Source: Lytechinus pictus
Lineage: Eukaryota
Direction: 5' to 3'
NCBI RefSeq assembly: GCF_037042905.1
Contig: NC_087245.1
Coordinates: forward strand, 32,984,001-33,048,000
Length of the DNA stretch: 64,000 nucleotides
Both the position numbers and the translations under genes were made by a program. Each line of letters starts with the position of its first letter. The stretch's first letter is position 1. Below, piece after piece: positions 51,064 to 64,000 of the stretch. Below the pieces are notes generated by a model. That model did not search any database and was not told the DNA's origin. It saw nothing but the letters and a program-made list of their open reading frames with translations.

Positions 51064-52847
51064 CTGCAAAGTCAAACAAAGAGAGAGAGAGAGAGAACAA
51101 AAAAAAACATTTAATTTCATAACAATATTAAATAGTAGTACCGGCAATGCCAGTTTAATAATGCATGATATAGTGAGAACATACAGAGCATAAAAAAGTT
51201 ACTTTTTGGCAACTCTGTCCATGTAGCTTGGGTTACATAACAGGTGCAGCCACAATGCAAAGTAATACAATCTTGGGGGAGATCTGTACATGAGGGCGCT
51301 TTCAACCATGATATGAATGCTACAAAAATGTTTGTCAGGATATACGAGGGGGGGGGGGACTAATCATCCCTGAGCACCTATGAATAGAAATCTTTAGATA
51401 GATAGCACTGAAAGGCCTGTAATTGGGCCAACTCAACTTATCTTTAAAAGTTTTGAATTTGCAACAATTTTGGCAACAATTCAAATTGCTGCTGTGTTGA
51501 TTTACATGTACAATTCAAGAAAAAATCTTGCATAAAAATTACGACTGCAATGTTCCTGCTTTTTATGAAGCTAGTCAAAATATTTCCTTATTGCTTTTAT
51601 CATACCAAAGAACTACATTGTAACCTTTTTGGCATAATCAATTAAACTAATAGGTAATACTGTAGTTTGAACTGGCATTTGGCAACCACAGTTATGGCCA
51701 AATGAGTGACTGGGCATGACCACCAAAAGGCATAATGGGATGATTCAACGTCGTGTGGAGCGGTGGTAATTTCCGTCCTCATGTAAGTCGTCATGTTACC
51801 TCATAATTCAAAAACTATTTAAAAACACAACGCATTAAAAAAGGTGATGTTATCTATACTATCTATACGCATCTGTGGTTTGGCAACATGTGCACTGTTG
51901 TGTCAGACTCATTTCAATAAAAAGATAAAAGAAGGGAGACACAATGGAAGTTCGTCATTCAGGTCTATAAATAAAAGACCTTCCAATATTACGACACTTG
52001 CTGATGTGATCCATGAAATAAAGGACATTAGTAACTTTATTTCAGGATGAATAATACTTCTTGAAGTGAAAGCAGACAACCCGTCTCAATTCTGAGTTCT
52101 ACAAAATGCTGACCTGAGAGGTTTTCCTGGGGGTATTTTTTTCAAGTGAAGTATTCAAATAAATATATCATTCTCACTTTACATGTAGAACAAAAAGAAA
52201 CAAAAGGATTGACTGAATAAAAATTATTGCTTATTTGAGAGGATGTACAAGGAGGAGAGAAAATTTTTGATTTGGATGGGGAAGCCTGCAAAACTTTAAG
52301 ACTGAGTAAATCAATTTTTAAAAGAGCTTGTAAAGGGGAGATAAAGGGGGGTGAATACATTGATGCATTCTAGGCTGTGCTGATAAAGATGTTAATACAG
52401 CGAAGGAATACAGCTAATCATAATTCAACAAGCGATGCTCCATTCCTCAGACACAATCAATAGAATTACCTTGCTACAGTACACTTATCATAGTGTACTA
52501 CACTATGATACCAACCAATCTAACTTGAACTGATATAAACAGAGGCCCAGATGAAATTACCAAAGAAGCTTGGCCTATTAACAAAAACCAGTCGCTGGCG
52601 ACTCACACCGCAGTTGGATGAATAAAAAAATATACTGGTTTTGAGGCAAGAAATTTAGACACCTCAGTTTTTTTGCTTCAGCGCTTGCACGTGAGCAAGA
52701 GAAAAGAATACATTGTGGTGAAAGCTAATTACACCGACGCTACTTACAAACATTATGATTTGTTTAATTTGTTCATAATCCGACTATGCAACAATAGATT
52801 TCCATTATAGTCACTATTGACTAAAACATTGATTATAATAATAATGA

Positions 52848-53103
52848 ATAATAATAAAGGATTTGTATAGCGCACATATCCACCTTGCTAGGTGCTCAAG
52901 GCGCTCCTATGTTACCCCAGCTAGCTAGTCTACCGATTCTGGTGCGCACAGCTTTTTGAGGAATTACCCATTTACCTCACCTGGGTCGAGTGCAGCAGTG
53001 TGGATAAATTTCTCGCTGAAGGAAAACATGCCATGGCTAGGATTCAAGCTCACGACCCTCTGCTTGAAAGGCGAGAGTCAGAACCACGAGACCACGACGC
53101 ACC
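52848..53103 (-). mobile_element. tRNA-derived SINE
   Basis: Minus strand begins GGTGCGTCGTGGTCTCGTGG (A-box), shares the body with the 39918 and 50284 copies, (TTA)n tail. Confidence 0.85.
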
Positions 53104-54242
53104 AATTATACGTATCATGAAGAAAATTTTCAAGGTGAATCTTGTTATCGCAACAAATGAATACTAACCCACATTTTCTCTCTGTTTATCATGAAAAAAA
53201 AAATTACTGTCAAAATCAAGGATCTATTTTCAAATGACTTTATACACAGAAAATAAAAATCATAAATCTGAAAAGTACAGATATCACAAAATACCAATTC
53301 GCTTGAGTTATTTCAATCACTGAAGATGACAGAGACCATGACGCATGGGCTTAGCCGAAGACACCCTGAAATATACATGGTGGTTAAGTGTTAGAGCGCA
53401 TCCGCAGACACTAATCTTCTGTTCAATGACCCCCCGTCTGAATAAATATATTATTATGTGCAAGAACCTGGCACGCATCCAGTTGCCTGCATGATCATGA
53501 CTGTGCTGAACAAGTGCCAAAATGATGCATACCATGATCGCTAATGTTGACTTCCATCATCACATTAAAAATAAATTCAAAGAGGTTCAAAGTATATTGG
53601 GAATATGAATGACATGGATCTCTCAAAACTGGCATCAAATATAAAGTTCTCACAATGTCTATTCAATACAAGAAAAAATGCTACTATGCATGATCAATTT
53701 CACCATAATCAACATACTACATTGTAGATATCAGTCAACAATATGTAATTGTAGTGCTCATAAAAATAGCCATTTACATGTATGTGTTTATCAGTCTCTG
53801 CAATAAATACTCCATGGCATTTAAAAAAAAATATTTTGTATGATACTAGGACATGCAACACCGGTAATTGTCCCTAGAAGCACTAACACAAACTGGAAAA
53901 GCAGACCTGGTGAGTGTTTCATAAAAAGCTGTTTGCAAGTTATGAGTGAATCTGGAACGAGTGGTAACCATTTTCGTGTGGATAATGATAAACATTAGAT
54001 TTGTATTTAAGTGTTAATTTAGTTTCTACAGTTGTGAGAAAGGATCGTCAAACATTAGTAAAGTCACTCATAACTTTACAAACAGCGTTCTGAAACACCC
54101 ATCAGGTCTCTTGAGGGTATTTCGGAGGCAATCAGTCCATCCCCCCTTTATGGAATTTTTCCCCGTTGTGAAGGGGCATACAGACTAGGTGGTTTCAAAG
54201 AATTGCGATTGATTCGATCAATTTGGAAATCCATGTTATTAA

Positions 54243-54695
54243 AAACAAGAATGTCGTCAAGGCGAGCACATAATACGCCCGTCTGTAACGCGGAAAATGG
54301 AGTTATTGGTCAAGCAAGAAAAGTGGAAGGTGGCAACTTCATCTTTGACCTTCTGACCTCAAAATCAATAGAATTGCTAGAATCTATGCTAGTATCGTAC
54401 ACACCATATTATATGAGCCTAGGTTAAGTTCAACTACAGTTATCGCCTTAACAAGGACTTCAAAAGGGTAAGATGAAAACATGTCAGTGTGACCTTGACC
54501 TTTGACCTTTTGACCTCAAAATCATTAGGCTTCTTGGGATCCATGCTAGTATCATACACACCAAATTATATGAGCCTAGGTTAAGTCAAACTGAAATTAT
54601 CATGTTTACAAGGAAGAGTTAACGGATGGACAGACCAGACGGACGGACGGCGAGCATGATACCATAATACGTCCCATCTGGGACGGGCGTATAAA
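54243..54695 (+). mobile_element. Helentron/DINE-1-like non-autonomous element
   Basis: AACAAG start in an A-run, subterminal atacgcccgtc matched by terminal gacgggcgtat, internal tandem tgaccttt units, (GGAC)n microsatellite, 3' stem-loop. Confidence 0.7.
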
Positions 54696-55828
54696 AGAGG
54701 AAGCACATTTAATTGTTGAGACAATGATGAATATATGACTATACATAAAAGTCTCTTAGCCTGAATGGGTCCACATGTAGTTAAAATTTGGACTAATGAG
54801 AATGGATCTCAAGAGAAGCCGGCCTGTCACTTTCTACCTTCAGGGAATGGCGAAAAGGTGATACAAAAATACTGGCCATGGAGAGGAAACATATTATTGA
54901 TTAGGATGTTAATAATGATGTCACGATAGTGATGAAAGACAAATATGTGATACAGGGATTAACCACTCGTACAGTATGGTGTAAAATATATTAGACTGAA
55001 CCATGTCAAGGACTTAAGCTGCCAATTTGTTTTTACACACGGATGTACCACTTATCCATGCAGCCTTTTTTTTTATATGACAAATGTTCGTAATGATCAT
55101 CACATTGGAATAAAGTCCTTTTTTTTCAAAGTAATGATCATCAAACTTTACATGTATATGCTATTTAAAAAATATTTTTATTGCTACTCGAAAATTAAGC
55201 AGGTAAGTGTCACTTACACATGGAGGCCACATAAAAAACAATGGCAATTAGTTTATGAACATTCAGAGACACAATTATGCAAAGAAGACACTGAATTAAT
55301 TGAGCGCCGGTATGCTGCTCATTATGGAGTAATAATTTAGCATTTTCTCTAATTCAGAATAACACTAAACTCTAATGTAAGTTACTCTGTTTTTAATGTT
55401 TAGAGGTGGAAATAGGTATAGATACAACTGATTTTTATATTTAATAAACTTCCAAGTTAACAAGTTGATCATAGCGTAATTTAATGTGAAAACTCTATCT
55501 TTTCCAAATTGAGTTTCAAAGGTTTTAAAATACCTCTGCCCAGGTCCTGAAATGTACATTACATACATGTAGCAAAATACTTCAAATTACAGAATTTATA
55601 CCTAGCCTAATTATAACAATACATCAAATGATACCGTTGAGATAACTCAAGCAGAGTAAAACAAAGAAAATGATATATATATTCTGTGCAGTGTACATGT
55701 ACTTCATCTCGTTATAAAGTATTAATAGCCTGACGACTGAACAGCACACCAAAGATCTAAAGATATCCAACACTCTGAATAATTTGTTGCTTTGGAGCAG
55801 GTGGTTTTTCTCATCGAATTATTCCTAC

Positions 55829-55855
55829 CTCTTCCTCTTTAGTTATACCATCCAT
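55829..55855 (-). CDS. Candidate first coding exon MDGITKEEE
   Basis: GGGATGG start context, phase-0 donor GAG|GTAGGA compatible with the 51063 acceptor; no homology support. Confidence 0.35.
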
Positions 55856-58800
55856 CCCACAGTTTTACTACAGGTTCCGTGAGCTCCTTTGTACGTCGTC
55901 GTGGCAGCGAGAGAGATAGAGAGATTGACCCAACAAAATGCAAGTGTAAAGTAAAACCTAATATCGCAACGCGCAATAAATCAAATCATGGTTACAAAGT
56001 GTCAGTATTTTCGTCATATCATTGCATTGTAAACGATAGTGATTATCTTTTCATTTTCATGTTCATTGAATATTAATTGAAGACAATGGTCATGCTTCAA
56101 AGTGCACGCAACAAGTCCTAAATATATCTTTTATGTTTACCAGGCCTACTTGAATTCTTGTATTACATAGAGGAATAAGCATTTGGTCACGCAGTGCTGA
56201 TGTTTATTCTCTATCAATATGTGATAAGATTTTTCTAATAAAGTTTATCCACACTATATACTGATAAAATATTGAACTTATTATTATCATATAGAACTGG
56301 CCTAATTGTTGTTCCATTCTTCACCTACATGTAAGACCAGTCATATGAAATATGTTCACCTTTAACTTGGATACACCTATAAATTGTAGAAATAGAAATC
56401 TGATCATCGGATTCCAGATAACCTCGACAAGAAAAGTTTGTAAAGAAGTTTTCCATCAACGTTTAATACCAATTACCAAGGAATATAGATTTTAATTGGA
56501 ATCTTTAATCATGAAATTTAAAAAATCTGAAAATTTTCTGAGAGTCATACAACAGTGTCGTTATCATGCATGCTGTACAAGTTCAGAATTGCATAATTAT
56601 GAAACTCCATACAAAACTATAAAATTCCGGTATAAACTGCAAGATTATTGTTAATTCTATACATGAATGTTTTTCAATTTTCTACATTTTCTTGCATCCT
56701 GATCTGTCAACAATCCCCGAGTGTTGAGCTTGTTTCACTTTCAATTTTTTAATCTATTTTTAATTCTCAGATTTGAAAGCAAAAAAGAAAGAATATAAAA
56801 ATATACGGCCCATACATGTAGATCTGAAATTGATACATGTAGTGTCAAATTACCTGCTTTGTAGGTGTGCAGTGCTAAAAACAACACAAGTTGGTGCTCT
56901 GAGAGGGCCACACCCTCTGGTGTTAGAAATACACCACAGTGTTTGAATATAACACCAAATAGTGTTTAACTATAAAATTACAAAGAGAAGGTGTTACAAT
57001 AAAACCAATGGGTGTTCAACTATAACACCTTAAATTTAACACTGGTATAAACTACTCTCAGAACACTGACTGATATACATGCAGATATAACACCAATGTT
57101 TATGTATGTGCAAAATCATCGAAGCTTTCACTCACGACTGTTGAATTTTAATGTGTTTCTGATAACGTGTGCAATGAGAGAAGTCCCTAATGATCAGTTT
57201 TGACCTACATGTATGTGACATGTAGGTCACATTGCCAAGACACAATCGGCAGGTATGACCTGTATCAACGCTTAAGCAGTTGGTAATATGGACTCGTTTG
57301 TATTGGACTGGGACATTAATGCCAAGGACAAATGCACTTCGCCTCTCATTTATCAATTATTCATCGAAAAGCAAAACACCTTCACAGTACATGTAACTTG
57401 CTGTAGTTCTCGATTTGTCTCGCTACCAACATTTTCAAGCCGTAAACTAAAATCTGAAACAAGTCAACACTGAAAAATACTTGGGTGTTAAAACTAACAC
57501 CACTGGTGTTCCTGGAGCACCACATCCTGAGGTGTTAAAATAAAACCATTTAGTTTGAACATACATGTAACACCAAGGAGTGTTACAGTAACAGCTAATG
57601 GTGTTATAAGACCCTATGGTGTTGAACTAACACTTAAAATCTAACAATGTTTTAAATGACTGGTGTACATGTACTCCTCTCTATGTAAACGGGTTAACAC
57701 CAGTTTTTGCTTTGATACAAAAACTAGATAGACTTGGGCTTCAATAGTCTTTTTATGATGAAAATATAATCATTATCAAAGGAAAATTAAGACAGCAAAA
57801 TAAATATAAAACAAGGATGTATTGAAGTCTACTGGAAGATCATTTTGTAGATAACCGGTAATACATCACAATGCTACTCTCAACAACTTATGAACAGGTG
57901 ATTTGCGGCAGCTCAGCTAACATCATAAGTTGATGCGTAGTTGCGTACATTTATATATTTACAATTCAGAGTAATTCTAGGTTCATGGGATAATGTGCAA
58001 TCAATTTAGGGTAGAAGAAAATACATACACATCACAGAATAAATCAATTTAAACCTTTGAACCAAAGGTATGTGAGTTTCAAAGAGCAATTTATATTCTG
58101 ATAGAAACTAAAATGTATGCAAGCTTTCCATTAATTCCATAATTAATCTTTTTGGGCCTTTTGAGCAGGTATTCACATACACGCTCTATCAGTATACTGC
58201 AGTGCATGGATATAGTATTAACTCCTTTTCTCTTAGACTTTCAATATCTAAAATTGTATGAGGTCTATCATGTTTTGCAAGTCACCAATAACACTGAATC
58301 ATTAGGAATTTGCATTTTAGAAGGCAGACATCTGCAGACTTTACCCTATGCCCCATTTACGGTTATCTCCATTGCCACAGACATGAAAGATGTATAGAAT
58401 ATAAAAACAACCATTAATCATCTGTACATGGACAGAGAAAAATAACAAGAGTTTCATTTTTAAATTGGCAGAGATTAGTGTAAAGTCCAACATGCAATCA
58501 CGAAATGGCCATTCCCAATAAATCACAATCTTATGGGGATTATGGGGGTTGCAACGAACTTGGGATTGATCGCAAATTTATTTGAGGTTCGCGAATCGAT
58601 CATATATCCTTTACAAATTGCCAATGTGTAATTGATTGCTGATGTGCTTCTGGCAATGCACAAAAAATGTCTATTCAATGTAAAATTGCAACAAAAATCA
58701 GCAATGATTTTTATATATCATTACATATATTATCGAATATTTTCTTGCATCACCCTCTAATAAAGGAAACTATTGCTCTCTTCATCTATTAAACTGATTT

Positions 58801-60821
58801 TCACAACTGTGTCTCTTATAAATCAAAAGTAAACTCTATGGTTTTCCAAATGAAAATTTTAAAAATGATACAATATAAATCTTCCAACAATTCTTTTGGA
58901 ACTATCGCAGCGATTTCAATTTCGTACGTCCATCATTTTGCATCTCCAACATCAGAGAAACTTGATTCTGATAGCACTGTGGGTAATTGAAATCACTAAA
59001 TTTTCCAATTTTTTTTTTTTAATCATGGAATAATAATAATGTACACAGTTTTTATAAGACACCGCTGTCTCCTGCGATACACATTGATTGGGAGGAAGGA
59101 TGCTCTGCTTTATACATTGACAAGGTTTCATTAGTGTCAGCACGTAGCACTGCATGCATGTTGAATGCAGATAGTGGCCTGCTGAGTCACAAGTACACAC
59201 CATAGTCCCACCTTATTATGAGCCACGCTGGGATTACACCAAATACTAGATCAACATCTGGAGTAGATAGTCAGCTCTTGTGTTTTAGTGCCTATTTGCT
59301 TGGAATCATTCTCCCCTTCACACACTCACACTAACTTGATATTTTCTCCAACACTCTCCACTGCACCTTTTCAAAATTCCTCTCCCTTTCCTCTTTCCTT
59401 TGTTTGTACCTGTATCATTGCAACATTACATTTCATACACTGTATTCCCCTTTGTGTGATTTTTTTTTGGGGGGAGTGATAATATTTAATATCATTTGTT
59501 TCTTTCACTGACATCAATAATGACAAATATGACCATAAAATAATCATGACAAATAAAATGTCAAGGTACCATAAAAATCAAAGAATAAACAAATTGGTTT
59601 CTTTCTCTCTCCTCCCCCCCCCCCCTTCTGCCCACCTTCTCTTTTCCTCATCTTTTCTCTCTTGCATGAATTTAGAAGGCAACATCTCTGCAAACTATTT
59701 AAAAAATCTTAACATCTAGCTCCGTCTTAGTTTTCGAACAAACTATCTCATTTCCATTTTTAATCAATTTTCATCCTAAAAATCGTGCCTCGATCCGTCC
59801 CACTTTTCACATCACTCACACAGATATCATCTTTCCATCTCAATAACCTCATCCAGAGTATGCTCAAGTAAACAATCAGAAGAACATTTCATGAAACACA
59901 TCTTTCACTGACAACTGTTATAAGCTCCTGAAATCCTTGCTTCTGATTGGCTAAGAATAAATTAGCCAGTGAAAGTCACTCACTATTTGCTTCAGGAAAC
60001 GCACACCCAGCCATCACAAATATTCTCCATTTTCCATTTGTGACCATCTTTTTCATTAGAAGCAAAAAAATCATGAAGGCGATAGATGATGTCACAGAAC
60101 CAACATGTATCTAATTATTCATCACAAATGATGTCCATCATCATCAATCTCTGGACACGCACGTCAGTGGCCTTCATTTGTACAAAACAAAACACTTAAA
60201 TGGCTTCATAATCATTATTTTCTGCCTACAGAAACAATAACAAGGATAACGATCTGTTTGAAGATATAGATTTTAAAAAATACATGACACAAAAGCAAGG
60301 TATACTGTACATAATGAAAACTGTCAAACACACACATAATAGGCAAAATGTAATTAATATAAAGGGACAAAAACTGATTTGGTGTTCCACAGTTGTACGT
60401 GTACATGTATATTCAACAATATCAGTGAAAACTGTATTATTTATTAATAAAACAGCCCGAAAATATAACAATAAAAATTGAATATTTCAAAAGGAAAATT
60501 TTGGGTTTACATAGTATTATGTGCTTGTCTGGCAACTTTCATAACCGTTACAATTTATACTTGTCCTTGTACAAGCATTTTTACTTGAAATGATTGATTC
60601 AATTAATTCCTTTTTTTTTAAAGAGTTCAATATGAATTGAAATTTATCACTGATAATAAATTAGGTGAATGAACTATGCACTCACCATACTGTAAGTGGA
60701 TCTGAACTATGCACTCACCATAAGTGGATCTAAACATGACTTTGCTCATTTTTATCCTTTAATGACAAAGGAGTTTAATATAAATGTATGTTTCACTTGT
60801 GCTTTTAAAACAATGGTTTAC

Positions 60822-60892
60822 CTCAATTGAACAATCACACAGGTGAATTGTCTATTTAATAGACAATTCACCTGTGTGATTGTTCAATTGAG
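60822..60892. repeat. Perfect 71-bp palindrome
   Basis: 35-bp arms ctcaattgaacaatcacacaggtgaattgtctatt around a single T. Confidence 0.92.
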
Positions 60893-62228
60893 AAATGGTA
60901 GTAGAATGTATTTCATTAATAATGAAATACATTCTACTACAGTTGCTATCTTTTAATCTAAACTTCATGCATGTTTTGGGTAATTGTAATGTCACTGTTT
61001 TTTCGTTTTTTGTTCATTTCAGACCCTTTTTGCATAAAAGTTACTATTGTAATCAACTTGCCACCAAATCCATGAACTCCTTGATTGTGATTGGCTGGTG
61101 ATAATCAATGCCATGGTAATTACCATTGAAAGGCAAAGACCCCATAATGGTAACTGTAGGCATCGTACAACCAAACCCTGATACATGTATGGCCAATAAA
61201 TCATTGTTTCTCCCCTCTCCCGTATCTGAAGTGCCATGCAATTCATAACCCTACTTTCTTCTATGAATTCTTCTGTGTCATGGTCATGGACAATGTGGAG
61301 AGTACTAAATGCCGGTCAAGTGAATGGATTTTTATCAAATTTAGATTTATTGCCAAATTTCACTCTTCCGGGTCTCTCAGCATCAAATACATGTACTTTG
61401 TCCATAACTCTATGAAGCCAGTAGTAATTTTTTCAAAATACAATATGACAAGTGTTCCCAAAGACTGCTTCTCCATGCTGTAAATTGTGTCCAGCCCAAA
61501 CCTACAAAACAAACATGGGTGAAAGTAAGCTGGTACTGACTGATACTTTTGAGAAAAATATGCACCCTCACAGCCAGTTTTCACTGAACTTTACAAACAA
61601 ATATTAGCACAAATAACTCATGAAAGGAAAGTCAACAATACACACTTCTCACTTGGAAACCTTGCACAACATACCTTCAAATTTTTCCTAAAAAAAGATA
61701 TATACTTCAGTGCTAATACATTCAATTCCCTGCACCTTGATTCAAGAGGAATTTCTTTTTGTCAGAGAGAGCTAAAAGTTCTTTGATCTTCCTTGGTCAA
61801 AGTATAATTCAACAACAATAAAAAAGAACATACTCCTGTACTCACAAGGATCATTGTTTACAGTTGATCCGGGTCACAGGTCGTTAAAATACCTGACTTT
61901 GTCATTTCAAAGATATCAAAGAATTACATTTAAGTAGAAATTGGCTGTTTCATGTGAATAAATATCCTGTTTCCAATGGTTATCCCGTTTCATGGTTAAT
62001 AGGGTAGATTCTGTCTATTCATCATTCTCTTGGTAAACAAGGATTATTTCGCATCAAATCTACATGTACCTATGCCTAGTGTATATATAGCATATTTACA
62101 AAGAATATATACAAAGGATTCGCCAAGTTTCAGCTTCGATATAATCATGAGAAGAAACAGAAACAGGAAGTCTGTATTTATACCTGATACATACATGTAC
62201 ATATTTCTAGGAGATGCTGTTTTGCTTA

Positions 62229-62392
62229 TACCTCGGTCACATTTGCTCTAAGGCGGCCGTACGGCGAGTTGAAAACAGCCGTTTTATTCATTTTTATTCA
62301 AACCCCACTATTATGTAGCTGGTACAAAACATTTTAGAACGGCTGTTTTCGACTTGCCGTACGGCCGCAGTAGAGCAAATGTGACTGAGGTA
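62229..62392. mobile_element. Palindromic MITE with ~50-bp TIRs
   Basis: tacctcggtcacatttgctct..gcggccgtacggc..gaaaacagccgtt mirrored at the right end. Confidence 0.8.
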
Positions 62393-64000
62393 GTACTTGT
62401 GACTTTGTAAGGTTTCCGGTTATACATGTAGGCAAGAAGGAAGGAGGTTACACCCCTCCCAATTAACATTAAAAAGTGAAATACATGTAAAAAATATAAC
62501 AAAAAAGTAAAATAAAATAGCTTTCAGGGAAATGTTGATCAATGGATACAACTCCAGACTTTGGACCACAAAGTCCAAGGTTCAAGTCTCACTATAAACT
62601 GCTCATTCATTTGCCACTATCCACCCAGGAGAAAATAAATCGGGGCATGGTACCTTGGTACATGTATGTAGCTAGGGTAACAATAAGCAGCACTAACATT
62701 TATTTTCAGCACTTTGTAAACATTGCAAGATTATAATCAATAGAATGCTAACCAATTATTTGAGGGAAGAAACCGTACTCACAACCCAAATTGTTTTACC
62801 ATCACTGCACATTTTCTCCTATTAAGAGAATTAAGAGACACCATAAACAAGATGCATTCGTGTAGACTGCTAAATAAAAAAGAAAAATCTTCAAATTTAT
62901 GGTACATTAGAAACATATGCTAGAAATCAATAAATTATCTTTTACCCCCTCCCCCTCTATAAGATGAAATTGGATTTCTCGATAAATTTTCATCTGGACT
63001 GATCTTTAAAATCAAAATCGATTTCAAAATGCTGGTACATGTACCTAGCTGGCAAAGGTATGTTATTGACAATTTTCTTATTTACAACTAGAGCAATGTC
63101 TGAACTCTACAAAAAAAAAACTTTGTAATCCTTCTTTGATGAACTTATTTTGAATAATTTAACAGTCTGCTGCAATTGGTATGGCACAAAGAAGCCAACA
63201 CTACTTGGCAAACCATACACAAAGAATAGCAATCACGTCTCGTCTTTCCTAGTATTTAAAGTATCTTTATCTGTCATTATATACTACATCCTCTGGCTCG
63301 AGGCCCAACAAAGCAGTCTGAATGCCATTACCAATGCCAACCCACCTAATGAGCACAGGGGCATATACGCTAGCTTAGCATGAAAAGGCATGAAAGAAAG
63401 CCAGCACTAAAGGCATAATAAACTCACTCAAATTCTGTATCTCCGCTTCCAACCGGCCTCCAACACATAAATAAATCCTGCGTACAAGTATAGGTCCAAG
63501 TAGCTAGTCAAACATCACTTCTGCCAAACAGCTTTGAATAAATATATGCCTATCTTTATATAAATTTATCCTGTCTGCACTGGTAGTAGGTTGCTATCCG
63601 CTTCTCAGTATCGAGCCGGTGTTCTGTATTGTTGTACAGCTCACTCCGCTATGCCGGTAGATCTGTCTGTATTTTAAAGCCCCATCTCACCGTGTCGTCA
63701 ACAAACGAACTCGGATAACTGACTGGCAGTCTGATAATGTTTAGCTCAGGGAAGGATTGCCTCCTTGCCAGCGTTTAGTAATTGGAACTCTGGCTTTGCT
63801 GAATGCAGTTTAGCTTCTAATGGCTTTGTTTATCGTTCTCCAGTGAGCAGTGGGCATTTTAAAGTACAGTGAAAAAGAAACAAATCTAGCATCGCTTTGT
63901 CAAAGACAAGTTTTGCTTGAATGGCTGCATAAGCACTGACAATGAGTTTTGAGATTAGATTCTCTGTCTATGTTGAAACTAGGCTTATTTACTTTACTTT

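Noticed and set aside
61675-61687. 13-nt segment with TTTTTTTAG| and AAG|GTATGT
   Set aside because: Not a multiple of 3 and no linkage evidence; at most a 5' UTR microexon
63428-63468. ATG-initiated stretch ending at a GTGAGT donor
   Set aside because: Phase 2, incompatible with the phase-0 acceptor at 51063; cannot be supported as a coding first exon

Overview
Eukaryotic, AT-rich genomic DNA from an invertebrate; the SINE/MITE content suggests a sea urchin (inference). The window is dominated by one intron-rich minus-strand gene encoding an SLC4A7/8/10-type Na+-coupled bicarbonate transporter. I reconstructed 15 phase-consistent core exons by hand (51063 down to 100), covering the N-terminal cytoplasmic domain to about TM8; the gene runs off the left edge. 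Most ORF-track entries are intronic noise. Two structures stand out. (1) The ~20.5-kb interval 10623-31180 hides up to seven short, symmetric phase-0 candidate cassette exons, including duplicated paralogues, all mapping to the variable loop of the N-terminal domain. Three of them, plus the core exon upstream, have an X-box-like palindrome just after the donor. (2) The exon at 33551-33689 sits between two different minisatellites that amplify its own splice acceptor (7 copies, several frame-preserving with synonymous changes) and its donor (4 copies). Introns also hold many non-autonomous DNA transposons (piggyBac-, Kolobok-, Harbinger-, hAT- and Helentron-like), tRNA-derived SINEs, palindromes and microsatellites. 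All splicing calls come from sequence only and need RNA-seq.
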